Position numbers and translations under genes: made by a program
The notes under the pieces: generated by a model
The model's input: the letters and a program-made list of their open reading frames with translations, nothing else
Told to the model about the DNA's origin: nothing
The model's database searches: none
Source: the human T2T-CHM13v2.0 reference genome, Homo sapiens
Assembly (NCBI RefSeq): GCF_009914755.1
Contig: NC_060940.1
Direction: 5' to 3' (one strand)
Length of the DNA stretch: 64,000 nucleotides
In this document: one piece after another, positions 27,301 to 42,735 of the stretch
How positions within the stretch are numbered: the first letter of the stretch is position 1
Layout: every line of letters begins with the position of its first letter

Positions 27301-30300
27301 GTTATTCCATGATTCCATTCGATCTCATTCGATGATGATTCCATTCAACTCCATTCGATGTTTCCATTCGAGTTCATTCTATTATTCCATTAGATTCCAT
27401 TCGATGATGATTCCATTCGATTCCATTTGATGATTGCATTCTATTTCATTTGATGATGATTCCATTCGAGTCCACTCGATGATTCCATTCGAGTCCATTT
27501 AATGAATCCATTGGTTTCAATTCTATGATGATTACATTGGATTCCATTCGTTGATGATTTCATTCGGTTCCATTCAATGATGATTCCATTCAATTCCTTT
27601 CAATGTTTCCATTCAATTCCATACGATGATGATTCCATTTGATTTGATTCGACAGTGAGCCATTCGATTCAATCCCATGATGATTCTATTTGATTCAATT
27701 GGTTGACATTTCCATTCGATTCCATTCGATGATGATTCCCTTTGATTCCGTTCAAAGATGATTCCATTCTAGCCCATTCAATCATTCCATTCGATTCTAT
27801 TCAATGATGATTCCATTCATGTCGATTTGGTGATTCCATTTGACTTCATTTGATGATGATTCCTTTCAAGTTCATTAGATGATTCCATTCGATTCCATTT
27901 GATGATGATCCCATTCGAGTCCATTCAGTGATTCCATTCGTTTCCATTCCATGATGATTCCATTCCTTTCCATTCAATGATTCCATTCGATTCCGTTTGA
28001 TGATGATTTCATTCGAGTCCATTTGATGATTCCATTTGATTCCATTCGATGATGATTCCATTCGAGTCCATTCGATGATTCTATTCGAATCCATTTGATG
28101 ATTTCTTTTGATTATATTTGGTGATGATTCCATTGGAGTCCATTCAATGATTCCATTCTATTCCAATCGATGATGATTCCATTAGAGTCCATTTAATGAT
28201 TCCATTTGATTCCAGTCTCTGATGATTACATTCGAGTCCATACGATGATTCCACTCAATTCCATATGATGATGATTCCATTTGATTCCATTCGGTGATTC
28301 CGTTCTATTCTATTCAATGGTGATTCCATTCGAGTACATTAGATGATTCCATTCGATTCCATTCAATGATGATTCTATTTGTGTCCCTTAGATGATTCCA
28401 CATGATTCCATTAGATGATGATACTATTTGAGCCCATCCAATGATTCCCTTCGATTCCATTCGATGAGGATTCCATTCGATTCAATTCATTGGTGATTCT
28501 ATTCAATTCAATTCTTTGATTCCATTCCATTCCATTCGACAATGATTCCATTCGATTTCTTTCGATGATTCCACTCGATTCCACTTGACATTGATTCCAT
28601 TCGATTCCATTCAATGATTCCATTTGATTCCAGTGGATGATGATTGCCATCGATTCCATTCGATCACTCCATTCTATTCCATTTGATGATGATTACATTC
28701 GATTCCATTTGATGATTCCATCTGATTCTATTCGAGGATTCCATTTGATTCCATTCGATGATGATTCCATTCGAGTCCATTCGATGATTTCATTCGAGTA
28801 CATCCAATGATTCCATTCGAGTCCATTAGATGATTCCATTTGATTCCATTTGAAAATGATTCTACTAGAGTCCATTCAATGACTCCATTCGAGTCCATTC
28901 AACAATTCCATTCGACTCCATTCGATGATTCCATTCGATTCCATTTGATGGTTCCATTCGAGTCCATTTAATCATTACAGTCGAGTCCATTTGGTGATTC
29001 CACTGGATTTCTTTTGATAATGATACCATTCAATTACATTTGATGATGATCCCATTCAATTTCATTTGATGATGATTCCATTAGAGTCCATTCGATGATT
29101 TCATTCGAGTCCCTTCATTGATTCCATCCGATTTCATTGGATGATGACTCCATTCGAGTCCATTCGATGATTCCACTCGATTCCATTAGATGACTCCATT
29201 GGAGTCCATTTGATTGTTCCATTCGATTCCATTCGATTCCTTTCGAAGATTATTCCATTTGAGTCCATTCGATGATGATTCCATTCCATTCCATTCGATG
29301 ATTCCGTTTGATTCCATTCGATGATTCCCTTCGATTCCTTTCTTTGATGATTCCATTCCATTCCATTCAATGATTCCATTCGAATCTATTCCATGATGAT
29401 TCCTTTCGATTCCATTCGCTGATGTTTCCGTTCAATTCCATTCGATGATGATTCCATTCGATTCCATTCATTGAGGATTCCATTTGATTCCATTCAATGA
29501 TGATTCCATTCTATTCCATTCAATGATTGCATTCAATTCCATTCAATGATTATCCCCTTAGAGTAAACTCAACGATTCCATTCAATACCATTCGATGATG
29601 ATTCCTTTTGAGTCCATTCAATGATTTCATTCAAGTCCATTTGATGATTCCTTTCAATTCCATTCTATGATGATTCCATTCGAGTCCATTCGATGATTCC
29701 ATTCGATTGCATTCGATGATTCCATTATATTCCAGTCAACGATGATTCCATTCGAGTCCATTCGATGATTCCATTAGAGTACATTTAATGATTGCTTTGT
29801 TTTCAATTCGAAGATGATTACATTGGATTCCATTCTATGATACCATTCGATTCCATTCAATGATGATTCCACTCAAATCCATTGGATGATTCCATTCGTG
29901 TCCATTCGGTGATTTCATTAGATTCCATTCGAGGATGATTCCATTCGATTCCATTCGATGATTCCATTCAATTCCATTCTATGATGATTCCATTCCAGTC
30001 CATATGATCATTCCATTTGATTTCATTCGATGATGATTCCATTCAATTCGATTCGACGATTCCATTCTATTCCATTCGATGATGATTCCATTCGAGTCCA
30101 TTCGATGATTCCATTCGAGTCCATTTAATGATTCCATTGGGTTCAATTCAATGATGATTACATTGGATTCCGTTCTATGATTCCATTCAATTTCGTTCAT
30201 TGACAATTTGATTCCATTCGATGATGATTCCATTTGAGTTCATTCGATGATTCTATTCGATTCTCTTCGATGGTGATTCAATTCTATTATATTGGATGAT

Positions 30301-30511
30301 TCCATTCGATTCCATTTGATGTTGATTCAATTCGATTCTATTCGATGATGATTCCATTGGATTTCACTTGATGATTCTATTCGATTCCATTCAATGATGA
30401 TTCACTTCTCGTCCATTGGATGATTCCATTTCATTCCATTCGATGATGATTCCATTCGATTCCATTCGATGATTCCATTTGATTCCATGCGACGGTGAGC
30501 AATTCGATTCA
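24400..30511 (+). repeat. Long higher-order unit U5 (6112 bp), near-identical to U4
   Basis: Anchor at 24400 and 30512; listed ORF translations match those of U4. Confidence 0.93.
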
Positions 30512-33500
30512 ATTCCATGATGATTCTATTTGATTCAATTAGATGATGTTTCCATTCGAATCCATTCCATGATTATTCCATTGGAATCCATTCGGCGATG
30601 ATTCCATATGAGTCAATTCAATGATGATTCCATATGGGTCCGTTCGATGATAATTCCATTTGATTTCATTCGATGCTTCTATTCTATTCCAGTCGATGAT
30701 GATTCCGTTGGAGTCCATACGATGATTCCATTTGATTTCATTTGATGATGATTCCATTCGATGATGATTACATTGGATTCCATTCTATGATTCCATTCAA
30801 TTCCATTCGTTGATGATTCGATTCCATTCAATGATGATTCCATTTGAGTTCATTCGATGATTCTATTCGATTCCGTTCGATGGTGATTCAATTCTATTAT
30901 ATTGGATGATTCCACTCGATTCCATTTGATGATTATTCCATTGGAGTCCACTTAGTGAATCCTTTAGATTCTACTCGACGATGATTCCATTCGAGTCCAT
31001 TCGATGATACCATTCAATTCCATTCGTTGATGCTTCCATTCAAGTGCATTCGATGATATCATTCGATTCCATTTGATGATAATTCCATTTGATTCCATGC
31101 GATGATTCTATTCGATTCCATTCAATGATAATTCCATTCAATTCAGTGATTCCTCTGGACTCCATTTGATGATGATTCCATTCAATGATTCCATTCGATT
31201 CTATTCGAAAATGATTCCATTTGAATCCATTTGATGATGATTCCATTAGATTCCATTTGATGATTCCATTCGATTCCATTCGACGATGATTCCATTCGAT
31301 TCCGTTTGATGATTCCATTCTATTCTATTCGATGATGATTCCATTCGATTCCATTCGATGATGATTGGATTCGATTCCATTTGATGATTTCATTTGATTC
31401 CATTCGTTAATGATTTCGATCAATTCCATTCGATGATTCCATTCGATTCCATTCGATAATGATTACATCCGAGTCCATTCGATGATTCCCTTTGAGCCTG
31501 TTCGATAATTCCATTTGAGTCCAACCAATGATTCCATTCATTTCCATTCAATGATTCCATTCGAGTCCATTTGATCATTCCGGTAGGGTCCATTCGATGT
31601 TGATTCCATTGGAGTGCATTCGATGATTCCATTCGAGTCCATTTTAGGATTTGATTCGAGTCCTTTCGATGATTCCATTCGATTCCACTCGATGATGATT
31701 TCATTCGAGTCCATTCGACACTTCCAATCGATTCCATTTGATGATTCCATTCGAGTCCAATTGATGATTCCATTCAATTCCATTCGATGATGATTCCGTA
31801 CGATTCCATTCTGTGATGATTCCATGTGATTGCATTCAATGATGATTCCTTTCGATTGCATTCGATTATGATTCATTTCGTGTTCATTCTATGGTTCCAC
31901 AGGTTTCCATTCGTGTCCATTCCATTATTCCATTCTATTCCATTTGATGATGATTCCATTCGATTCCATTCATTGGTGATTCCACTCAATTCCATTCAAT
32001 GATTCCATTCCATTTCTTTCAACAATGATTCCATTAGTTTCTAATCGATGATCCACTTGATTCCATTGGACGACGATTCCATTCTTGTCCATTCGATGAT
32101 TCCATTTGATTCCATATGATGATGATTCCATTCGATTCCATACCATGATGATTCCATTCGAGTCCATTCAATGGTGATTCCATTCAATTCCATTCGATGA
32201 TTCCTTTCGATTCCGTTCGATGATGATGGCATTCAATTCCTTTCAATCATTCCCTTTGATTCCATTCAAAGGTGATTTCATTCAAGTCCATTCGATAATT
32301 GCATTCGATTCCATTCTATGATGATTCCATTCGAGTCCATTTGATGATTCCATTCAATTCAAGTCAATGATGATTCCATTCGATTCCATTCGATGATTCC
32401 ATTGGATTCCATTCGATGATGATTCCATTCAAATCCATTCGATAATTCAATTCAAGTCCATTCGATGATGATTCCAATCGAATCCATTCAAAGATTCCAT
32501 TCAGTTCCATTCGATGATTCCCTTAGATTCCATTCGATGATTCCACTTGATTGCATTTACGATGATTCCATTCGATTCCATGTGATGATTCCATTCAATT
32601 CTATTCAATGATGTCTCCATTTGATTCCATTCGACCATGATTGCCTTTGATTCCATTCAATGATTCCATTCGGTTCCGTTTGATGATGATTCCGTTCGAT
32701 TCCATTTGATGATTCCATTTGATTCCATTGGATGAGTCCATTCGATTACATTCGATGATTATTCCATTCGAGTGCATTAGATGATTCCATTCGAGTCCAT
32801 TCGATGATTCCATTCGATTCCATTCGATGTTGATTCTGTTCAAATCCATTCGATGATTCCACTCGATTCCATTCGTTGACTCCATTTGATCCCATTCGAT
32901 GATTTCCTTTGATTCCCTTTGATGATCATTCCATTTGATTCAATTCGGTGATTTCATTTGATTCCATTCAGTGATGTTTCCATTCGACTCCATTCGATGA
33001 TGATTCCATTCGACTACATTCGATTATGATTTCATTCAATTCCATTCGATAATGATTCCCTTCGAGTCCATTCGATGATTCCATTCGATTCCATTCAACG
33101 ATGATTTGATTCGTGTCCATTCGATGATTCCATTTGATTCCACTTGATGATGATTCCATTCGAGTCCATTTGATGATTCCATTCAATTCCATACTCCGAT
33201 GATTTCTTTTGAGCCCACTCAATGCTTCCACTCGATTCCATATGATGATGACTCCATTCGATGAAATTCGATGATGATTCCATTCGCTTGCTTTCGATGA
33301 TGATTCCACTTGAGTCCGTTAGAAGATTCTATTCAATTACATTCCATGACGATTCCGTTCGAGTCCATTTGATGATTCCATTAGACTCCATTCGACGATG
33401 ATTCCATTCGATGTTATTCCATGATTCCATTCGATCTCATTCGATGATGATTCCATTCAACTCCATTCGATGTTTCCATTCGAGTTCATTCTATTATTCC

Positions 33501-36500
33501 ATTAGATTCCATTCGATGATGATTCCATTCGATTCCATTTGATGATTGCATTCTATTTCATTTGATGATGATTCCATTCGAGTCCACTCGATGATTCCAT
33601 TCGAGTCCATTTAATGAATCCATTGGTTTCAATTCTATGATGATTACATTGGATTCCATTCGTTGATGATTTCATTCGGTTCCATTCAATGATGATTCCA
33701 TTCAATTCCTTTCAATGTTTCCATTCAATTCCATACGATGATGATTCCATTTGATTTGATTCGACAGTGAGCCATTCGATTCAATCCCATGATGATTCTA
33801 TTTGATTCAATTGGTTGACATTTCCATTCGATTCCATTCGATGATGATTCCCTTTGATTCCGTTCAAAGATGATTCCATTCTAGCCCATTCAATCATTCC
33901 ATTCGATTCTATTCAATGATGATTCCATTCATGTCGATTTGGTGATTCCATTTGACTTCATTTGATGATGATTCCTTTCAAGTTCATTAGATGATTCCAT
34001 TCGATTCCATTTGATGATGATCCCATTCGAGTCCATTCAGTGATTCCATTCGTTTCCATTCCATGATGATTCCATTCCTTTCCATTCAATGATTCCATTC
34101 GATTCCGTTTGATGATGATTTCATTCGAGTCCATTTGATGATTCCATTTGATTCCATTCGATGATGATTCCATTCGAGTCCATTCGATGATTCTATTCGA
34201 ATCCATTTGATGATTTCTTTTGATTATATTTGGTGATGATTCCATTGGAGTCCATTCAATGATTCCATTCTATTCCAATCGATGATGATTCCATTAGAGT
34301 CCATTTAATGATTCCATTTGATTCCAGTCTCTGATGATTACATTCGAGTCCATACGATGATTCCACTCAATTCCATATGACGATGATTCCATTTGATTCC
34401 ATTCGGTGATTCCATTCTATTCTATTCAATGGTGATTCCATTCGAGTACATTAGATGATTCCATTCGATTCCATTCAATGATGATTCTATTTGTGTCCCT
34501 TAGATGATTCCACATGATTCCATTAGATGATGATACTATTTGAGCCCATCCAATGATTCCCTTCGATTCCATTCGATGAGGATTCCATTCGATTCAATTC
34601 ATTGGTGATTCTATTCAATTCAATTCTTTGATTCCATTCCATTCCATTCGACAATGATTCCATTCGATTTCTTTCGATGATTCCACTCGGTTCCACTTGA
34701 CATTGATTCCATTCGATTCCATTCAATGATTCCATTTGATTCCAGTGGATGATGATTGCCATCGATTCCATTCGATCACTCCATTCTATTCCATTTGATG
34801 ATGATTACATTCGATTCCATTTGATGATTCCATCTGATTCTATTCGAGGATTCCATTTGATTCCATTCGATGATGATTCCATTCGAGTCCATTCGATGAT
34901 TTCATTCGAGTACATCCAATGATTCCATTCGAGTCCATTAGATGATTCCATTTGATTCCATTTGAAAATGATTCTACTAGAGTCCATTCAATGACTCCAT
35001 TCGAGTCCATTCAACAGTTCCATTCGACTCCATTCGATGATTCCATTCGATTCCATTTGATGGTTCCATTCGAGTCCATTTAATCATTACAGTCGAGTCC
35101 ATTTGGTGATTCCACTGGATTTCTTTTGATAATGATACCATTCAATTACATTTGATGATGATCCCATTCAATTTCATTTGATGATGATTCCATTAGAGTC
35201 CATTCGATGATTTCATTCGAGTCCCTTCATTGATTCCATCCGATTTCATTGGATGATGACTCCATTCGAGTCCATCCGATGATTCCACTCGATTCCATTA
35301 GATGACTCCATTGGAGTCCATTTGATTGTTCCATTCGATTCCATTCGATTCCTTTCGAAGATTATTCCATTTGAGTCCATTCGATGATGATTCCATTCCA
35401 TTCCATTCGATGATTCCGTTTGATTCCATTCGATGATTCCCTTCGATTCCTTTCTTTGATGATTCCATTCCATTCCATTCAATGATTCCATTCGAATCTA
35501 TTCCATGATGATTCCTTTCGATTCCATTCGCTGATGTTTCCGTTCAATTCCATTCGATGATGATTCCATTTGATTCCATTCATTGAGGATTCCATTTGAT
35601 TCCATTCAATGATGATTCCATTCTATTCCATTCAATGATTGCATTCAATTCCATTCAATGATTATCCCCTTAGAGTAAACTCAACGATTCCATTCAATAC
35701 CATTCGATGATGATTCCTTTTGAGTCCATTCAATGATTTCATTCAAGTCCATTTGATGATTCCTTTCAATTCCATTCTATGATGATTCCATTCGAGTCCA
35801 TTCGATGATTCCATTCGATTGCATTCGATGATTCCATTATATTCCATTCAACGGTTGTTCCATTCGAGTCCATTCCATGATTCCATTAGAGTACATTTAA
35901 TGATTGCTTTGTTTTCAATTCGAAGATGATTACATTGGATTCCATTCTATGATACCATTCGATTCCATTCAATGATGATTCCACTCAAATCCATTGGATG
36001 ATTCCATTCGTGTCCATTCGGTGATTTCATTAGATTCCATTCGAGGATGATTCCATTCGATTCCATTCGATGATTCCATTCAATTCCATTCGATGATGAT
36101 TCCATTCCAGTCCATATGATCATTCCATTTGATTTCATTCGATGATGATTCCATTCGATTCGATTCGACGATTCCATTCTATTCCATTCGATGATGATTC
36201 CATTCGAGTCCATTCGATCATTCCATTCGAGTCCATTTAATGATTCCATTGGGTTCAATTCAATGATGATTACATTGGATTCCGTTCTATGATTCCATTC
36301 AACTCCGTTCATTGACAATTTGATTCCATTCGATGATGATTCCATTTGAGTTCATTCGATGATTCTATTCGATTCTCTTCGATGGTGATTCAATTCTATT
36401 ATATTGGATGATTCCATTCGATTCCATTTGATGTTGATTCAATTCGATTCTATTCGATGATGATTCCATTGGATTTCACTTGATGATTCTATTCGATTCC

Positions 36501-36623
36501 ATTCAATGATGATTCACTTCTCGTCCATTGGATGATTCCATTTCATTCCATTCGATGATGATTCCATTCGATTCCATTCGATGATTCCTTTTGATTCCAT
36601 GCGACGGTGAGCAATTCGATTCA
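30512..36623 (+). repeat. Long higher-order unit U6 (6112 bp)
   Basis: Anchor at 30512 and 36624; ORF anchors 31040 and 37152. Confidence 0.93.
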
Positions 36624-39600
36624 ATTCCATGATGATTCTATTTGATTCAATTAGATGATGTTTCCATTCGAATCCATTCCATGATTATTCCATTGGAATC
36701 CATTCGGCGATGATTCCATATGAGTCAATTCAATGATGATTCCATATGGGTCCGTTCGATGATAATTCCATTTGATTTTATTCGATGCTTCTATTCTATT
36801 CCAGTCGATGATGATTCCGTTGGAGTCCATACGATGATTCCATTTGATTTCATTTCATGATGATTCCATTCGATGATGATTACATTGGATTCCATTCTAT
36901 GATTCCATTCAATTCCATTCGTTGATGATTCGATTCCATTCAATGATGATTCCATTTGAGTTCATTCGATGATTCTATTCGATTCCGTTCGATGGTGATT
37001 CAATTCTATTATATTGGATGATTCCACTCGATTCCATTTGATGATTATTCCATTGGAGTCCACTTAGTGAATCCTTTAGATTCTACTCGACGATGATTCC
37101 ATTCGAGTCCATTCGATGATACCATTCAATTCCATTCGTTGATGCTTCCATTCAAGTGCATTCGATGATATCATTCGATTCCATTTGATGATAATTCCAT
37201 TTGATTCCATGCGATGATTCTATTCGATTCCATTCAATGATAATTCCATTCAATTCAGTGATTCCTCTGGACTCCATTTGATGATGATTCCATTCAATGA
37301 TTCCATTCGATTCTATTCGAAAATGATTCCATTTGAATCCATTTGATGATGATTCCATTAGATTCCATTTGATGATTCCATTCGATTCCATTCGACGATG
37401 ATTCCATTCGATTCCGTTTGATGATTCCATTCTATTCTATTCGATGATGATTCCATTCGATTCCATTCGATGATGATTGGATTCGATTCCATTTGATGAT
37501 TTCATTTGATTCCATTCGTTAATGATTTCGATCAATTCCATTCGATGATTCCATTCGATTCCATTCGATAATGATTACATCCGAGTCCATTCGATGATTC
37601 CCTTTGAGCCTGTTCGATAATTCCATTTGAGTCCAACCAATGATTCCATTCATTTCCATTCAATGATTCCATTCGAGTCCATTTGATCATTCCGGTAGGG
37701 TCCATTCGATGTTGATTCCATTGGAGTGCATTCGATGATTCCATTCGAGTCCATTTTAGGATTTGATACGAGTCCTTTCGATGATTCCATTCGACTCCAC
37801 TCGATGATGATTTCATTCGAGTCCATTCGACACTTCCAATCGATTCCATTTGATGTTTCCTTTCGAGTCCAATTGATGATTCCATTCAATTCCATTCGAT
37901 GATGATTCCGTACGGTTCCATTCTGTGATGATTCCATGTGATTGCATTCAATGATGATTCCTTTCGATTGCATTCGATTATGATTCATTTCGTGTTCATT
38001 CTATGGTTCCACAGGTTTCCAATCGTGTCCATTCCATTATTCCATTCTATTCCATTTGATGATGATTCCATTCGATTCCATTCATTGGTGATTCCACTCA
38101 ATTCCATTCAATGATTCCATTCCATTTCTTTCAACAATGATTCCATTACTTTCTAATCGATGATCCACTTGATTCCATTTGACGACGATTCCATTCTTGT
38201 CCATTCGATGATTCCATTTGATTCCATATGATGATGATTCCATTCGATTCCATACGATGATGATTCCATTCGAGTCCATTCAATGGTGATTCCATTCAAT
38301 TCCATTCGATGATTCCTTTCGATTCCATTCGATGATGATGGCATTCGATTCCTTTCAATCATTCCCTTTGATTCCATTCAAAGGTGATTTCATTCAAGTC
38401 CATTCGATAATTGCATTCGATTCCATTCTATGATGATTCCATTCGAGTCAATTTGATGATTCCATTCAATTCAAGTCAATGATGATTCCATTCGATTCCA
38501 TTCGATGATTCCATGGGATTTCATTCGATGATAATTCCATTCAAATCCTTTCGATAATTCAATTCAAGTCCATTCGATGATGATTCCAATCGAATCCATT
38601 CAAAGATTCCATTCAGTTCCATTCGATGATTCCCTTAGATTCCATTCGATGATTCCACTTGATTCCATTTACGATGATTCCATTCGATTCCATGTGATGA
38701 TTCCATTCAATTCTATTCAATGATGTTTCCATTTGATTCCATTCGACCATGATTGCCTTTGATTCCATTCAATGATTCCATTCGGTTCCTTTTGATGATG
38801 ATTCCGTTCGATTCCATTTGATGATTCCATTTGATTCCATTGGATGAGTCCATTCGATTACATTCGATGATAATTCCATTCGAGTGCATTAGATGATTCC
38901 ATTCGAGTCCATTCGATGATTCCATTCGATTCCATTCGATGTTGATTCTGTTCAAATCCATTCGATGATTCCACTCGATTCCATTCGATGACTCCATTTG
39001 ATCCCATTCGATGATTTCCTGTGATTCCCTTTGATGATCATTCCATTTGATTCAATTCGGTGATTTCATTTGATTCCATTCAGTGATGTTTCCATTCGAC
39101 TCCATTCGATGATGATTCCATTCGACTCCATTCGATTATGATTTCATTCAATTCCATTCGATAATGATTCCCTTCGAGTCCATTCGATGATTCCATTCGA
39201 TTCCATTCAACGATGATTTGATTCGTGTCCATTCGATGATTCCATTTGATTCCACTTCATGATGATTCCATTCCAGTCCATTTGATGATTCCATTCAATT
39301 CCATTCTCCGATGATTTCTTTTGAGCCCATTCAATGCTTCCACTCGATTCCATATGATGATGACTCCATTCGATGAAATTCGATGATGATTCCATTCGCT
39401 TGCTTTCGATGATGATTCCACTTGAGTCCGTTAGAAGATTCTATTCAATTACATTCCATGACGATTCCGTTCGAGTCCATTTGATGATTCCATTAGACTC
39501 CATTCGACGATGATTCCATTCGATGTTATTCGATGATTCCATTCGATCTCATTCGTTGATGATTCCATTCAACTCCATTCGATGTTTCCATTCGAGTTCA

Positions 39601-42600
39601 TTCTATTATTCCATTAGATTACATTCGATGATGTTTCCATTCGTTTCCATTTGATGATTGCATTCTATTTCATTTGATGATGATTCCATTCGAGTCCACT
39701 CGATGATTCCATTCGAGTCCATTTAATGAATCCATTGGTTTCAATTCTATGATGATTACATTGGATTCCGTTCGTTGATGATTTCATTCGGTTCCATTCA
39801 ATGATGATTCTATACAATTCCTTTCAATGTTTCCATTCAATTCCATACGATGATGATTCCATTTGATTTGATTCGACAGTGAGCCATTCGATTCAATTCC
39901 ATGATGATTCTATTTTATTCAATTGGTTGACATTTCCATTCGATTCCATTCGATGATGATTCCCTTTGATTCCATTCAAAGATGATTCCATTCTAGCCCA
40001 TTCAATCATTCCATTCGATTCTATTCAATGATGATTCCATTCATGTCGCTTTGGTGATTCCATTTGACTTCATTTGATGATGATTCCTTTCAAGTTCATT
40101 AGATGATTCCATTCGATTCCATTTGATGATGATCCCATTCGAGTCCATTCAGTGATTCCATTCGTTTCCATTCCATGATGATTCCATTCCATTCCATTCA
40201 ATGTTTCCATTCGATTCTGTTTGATGATGATTTCATTCGAGTCCATTTGATGATTCCATTTGATTCCATTCGATGATGATTCCATTCGAGTCCATTCGAT
40301 GATTCTATTCGAATCCACTTGATGATTTCTTTTCATTATAGTTGGTGATGATTCCTTTGGAGTCCATTCAATGATTCCATTCGATTCCAATCGATGGTGA
40401 TTCCATTAGAGTCCATTTAATGATTCCATTTGATTCCAGTCTCTGATGATTACATTCGAGTCCATACGATGATTCCACTCAATTCCATATGATGATGATT
40501 CCATTCGATTCCATTCGATGATTCCATTCTATTCTATTCAATGGTGATTCCATTCGAGTACATTAGATGATTCCATTCGATTCCATTCAATGATGATTCT
40601 ATTTGTGTCCCTTAGATGATTCCACATGATTCCATTAGATGATGATACTATTTGAGCCCATCCAATGATTCCCTTCGATTCCATTCGATGAGGATTCCAT
40701 TCGATTCAATTCATTGGTGGTTCTATTCAATTCAATTCTTTGATTCCATTGCATTCCAATCGACAATGATTCCATTCGATTTCTTTTGATGATTCCACTC
40801 GATTCCACTTGACATTGATTCCATTCGATTCCATTCAATGATTCCATTTGATTCCAGTGGATGATGATTGCCATCGATTCCATTCGATCACTCCATTCTA
40901 TTCCATTTGATGATGATTACATTCGATTCCATTTGATGATTCCATCTGATTCTATTCGAGGATTCCATTTGATTCCATTCGCTGATGATTCCATTCGAGT
41001 CCATTCGATGATTTCATTCGAGTACATCCAATGATTCCATTCGAGTCCATTTGACGATTCCATTTGATTCCATTTGATTATGATTCTACTAGAGTCCATT
41101 CAATGACTCCATTCGAGTCCATTCAACAATTCCATTCGACTCCATTCGATGATTCCATTCGATTCCATTTGATGATTCCATTCAAGTCCATTTAATCATT
41201 ACAGTCGAGTCCATTTGGTGATTCCACTGGATTTCTTTTGATAATGATACCATTCCATTACATTTGATGATGATCCCATTCAATTTCATTTGATGATGAT
41301 TCCATTAGAGTCCATTCGATGATTTCATTCGAGTCCCTTTATTGATTCCATCCGATTTCATTGGATGATGACTCCAATCGAGTCCATTCGATGATTCCAC
41401 TCGATTCCATTAGATGATTCCATTGGAGTCCATTTGATTGTTCCATTCGATTCCATTCGATTCCTTTCGAAGATTATTCCATTTGAGTCCATTCGATGAT
41501 GATTCCATTCCATTCCATTCGATGATTCCGTTTGATTCCATTCGATGATTCCCTTCGATTCCTTTCTTTGATGATTCCATTCCATTCCATTCAATGATTC
41601 CATTCGAATCTATTCCATGATGATTCCTTTCGATTCCATTCGCTGATGTTTCCGTTCAATTCCATTCGATGATGATTCCATTCGATTCCATTCATTGAGG
41701 ATTCCATTTCATTCCATTCAATGATGATTCCATTCTATTCCATTCAATGATTGCATTCAATTCCATTCAATGATCATCCCCTTAGAGTAAACTCAACGAT
41801 TCCATTCAATACCATTCGATGATGATTCCTTTTGAGTCCATTCAATGATTTCATTCAAGTCCATTTGATGATTCCTTTCAATTCCATTCTATGATGATTC
41901 CATTCGAGTCCATTCGATGATTCCATTCGATTACATTCGACGATTCCATTATATTCAATTCAACGATGATTCCATTCGAGTCCATTCGATGATTCCAATA
42001 CAGTACATTTAATGATTGCTTTGTTTTCAATTCGAAGATGATTACATTGGATTCCATTCTATGATACCATTCGATTCCATTCAATGATGATTCCACTCAA
42101 ATCCATTGGATGATTCCATTCGTGTCCATTCGGTGATTTCATTAGATTCCATTCGAGGATGATTCCTTTCGATTCCATTCGATGATTCCATTCAATTCCA
42201 TTCGATGATGATTCCATTCGAGTCCATATGATCATTCCATTTGATTTCATTCGATGATGATTCCATTCGATTCCATTCGATGATTCCATTCTATTCCATT
42301 CGATGATGATTCCATTCGAGTCCATTCGATGATTCCATTCGAGTCCATTTAATGATTCCATTGGGTTCAATTCAATGATGATTACATTGGATTCCGTTCT
42401 ATGATTCCATTCAATTCCGTTCATTGACAATTTGATTCCATTCGATGATGATTCCATTTGAGTTCATTCGATGATTCTATTCGATTCTCTTCGATGGTGA
42501 TTCAATTCTATTATATTGGATGAATCCATTCGATTCCATTTGATGTTGATTCAATTCGATTCTATTCGATGATGATTCCATTGGATTTCACTTGATGATT

Positions 42601-42735
42601 CTATTCGATTCCATTCAATGATGATTCACTTCTCGTCCATTGGATGATTCCATTTCATTCCATTCGATGATGATTCCATTCGATTCCATTCGATGATTCC
42701 ATTTGATTCCATGTGACGGTGAGCAATTCGATTCA
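36624..42735 (+). repeat. Long higher-order unit U7 (6112 bp), visibly more diverged
   Basis: Anchor at 36624 and 42736; many substitutions versus U1-U6 from ~37.77 kb onward. Confidence 0.92.
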
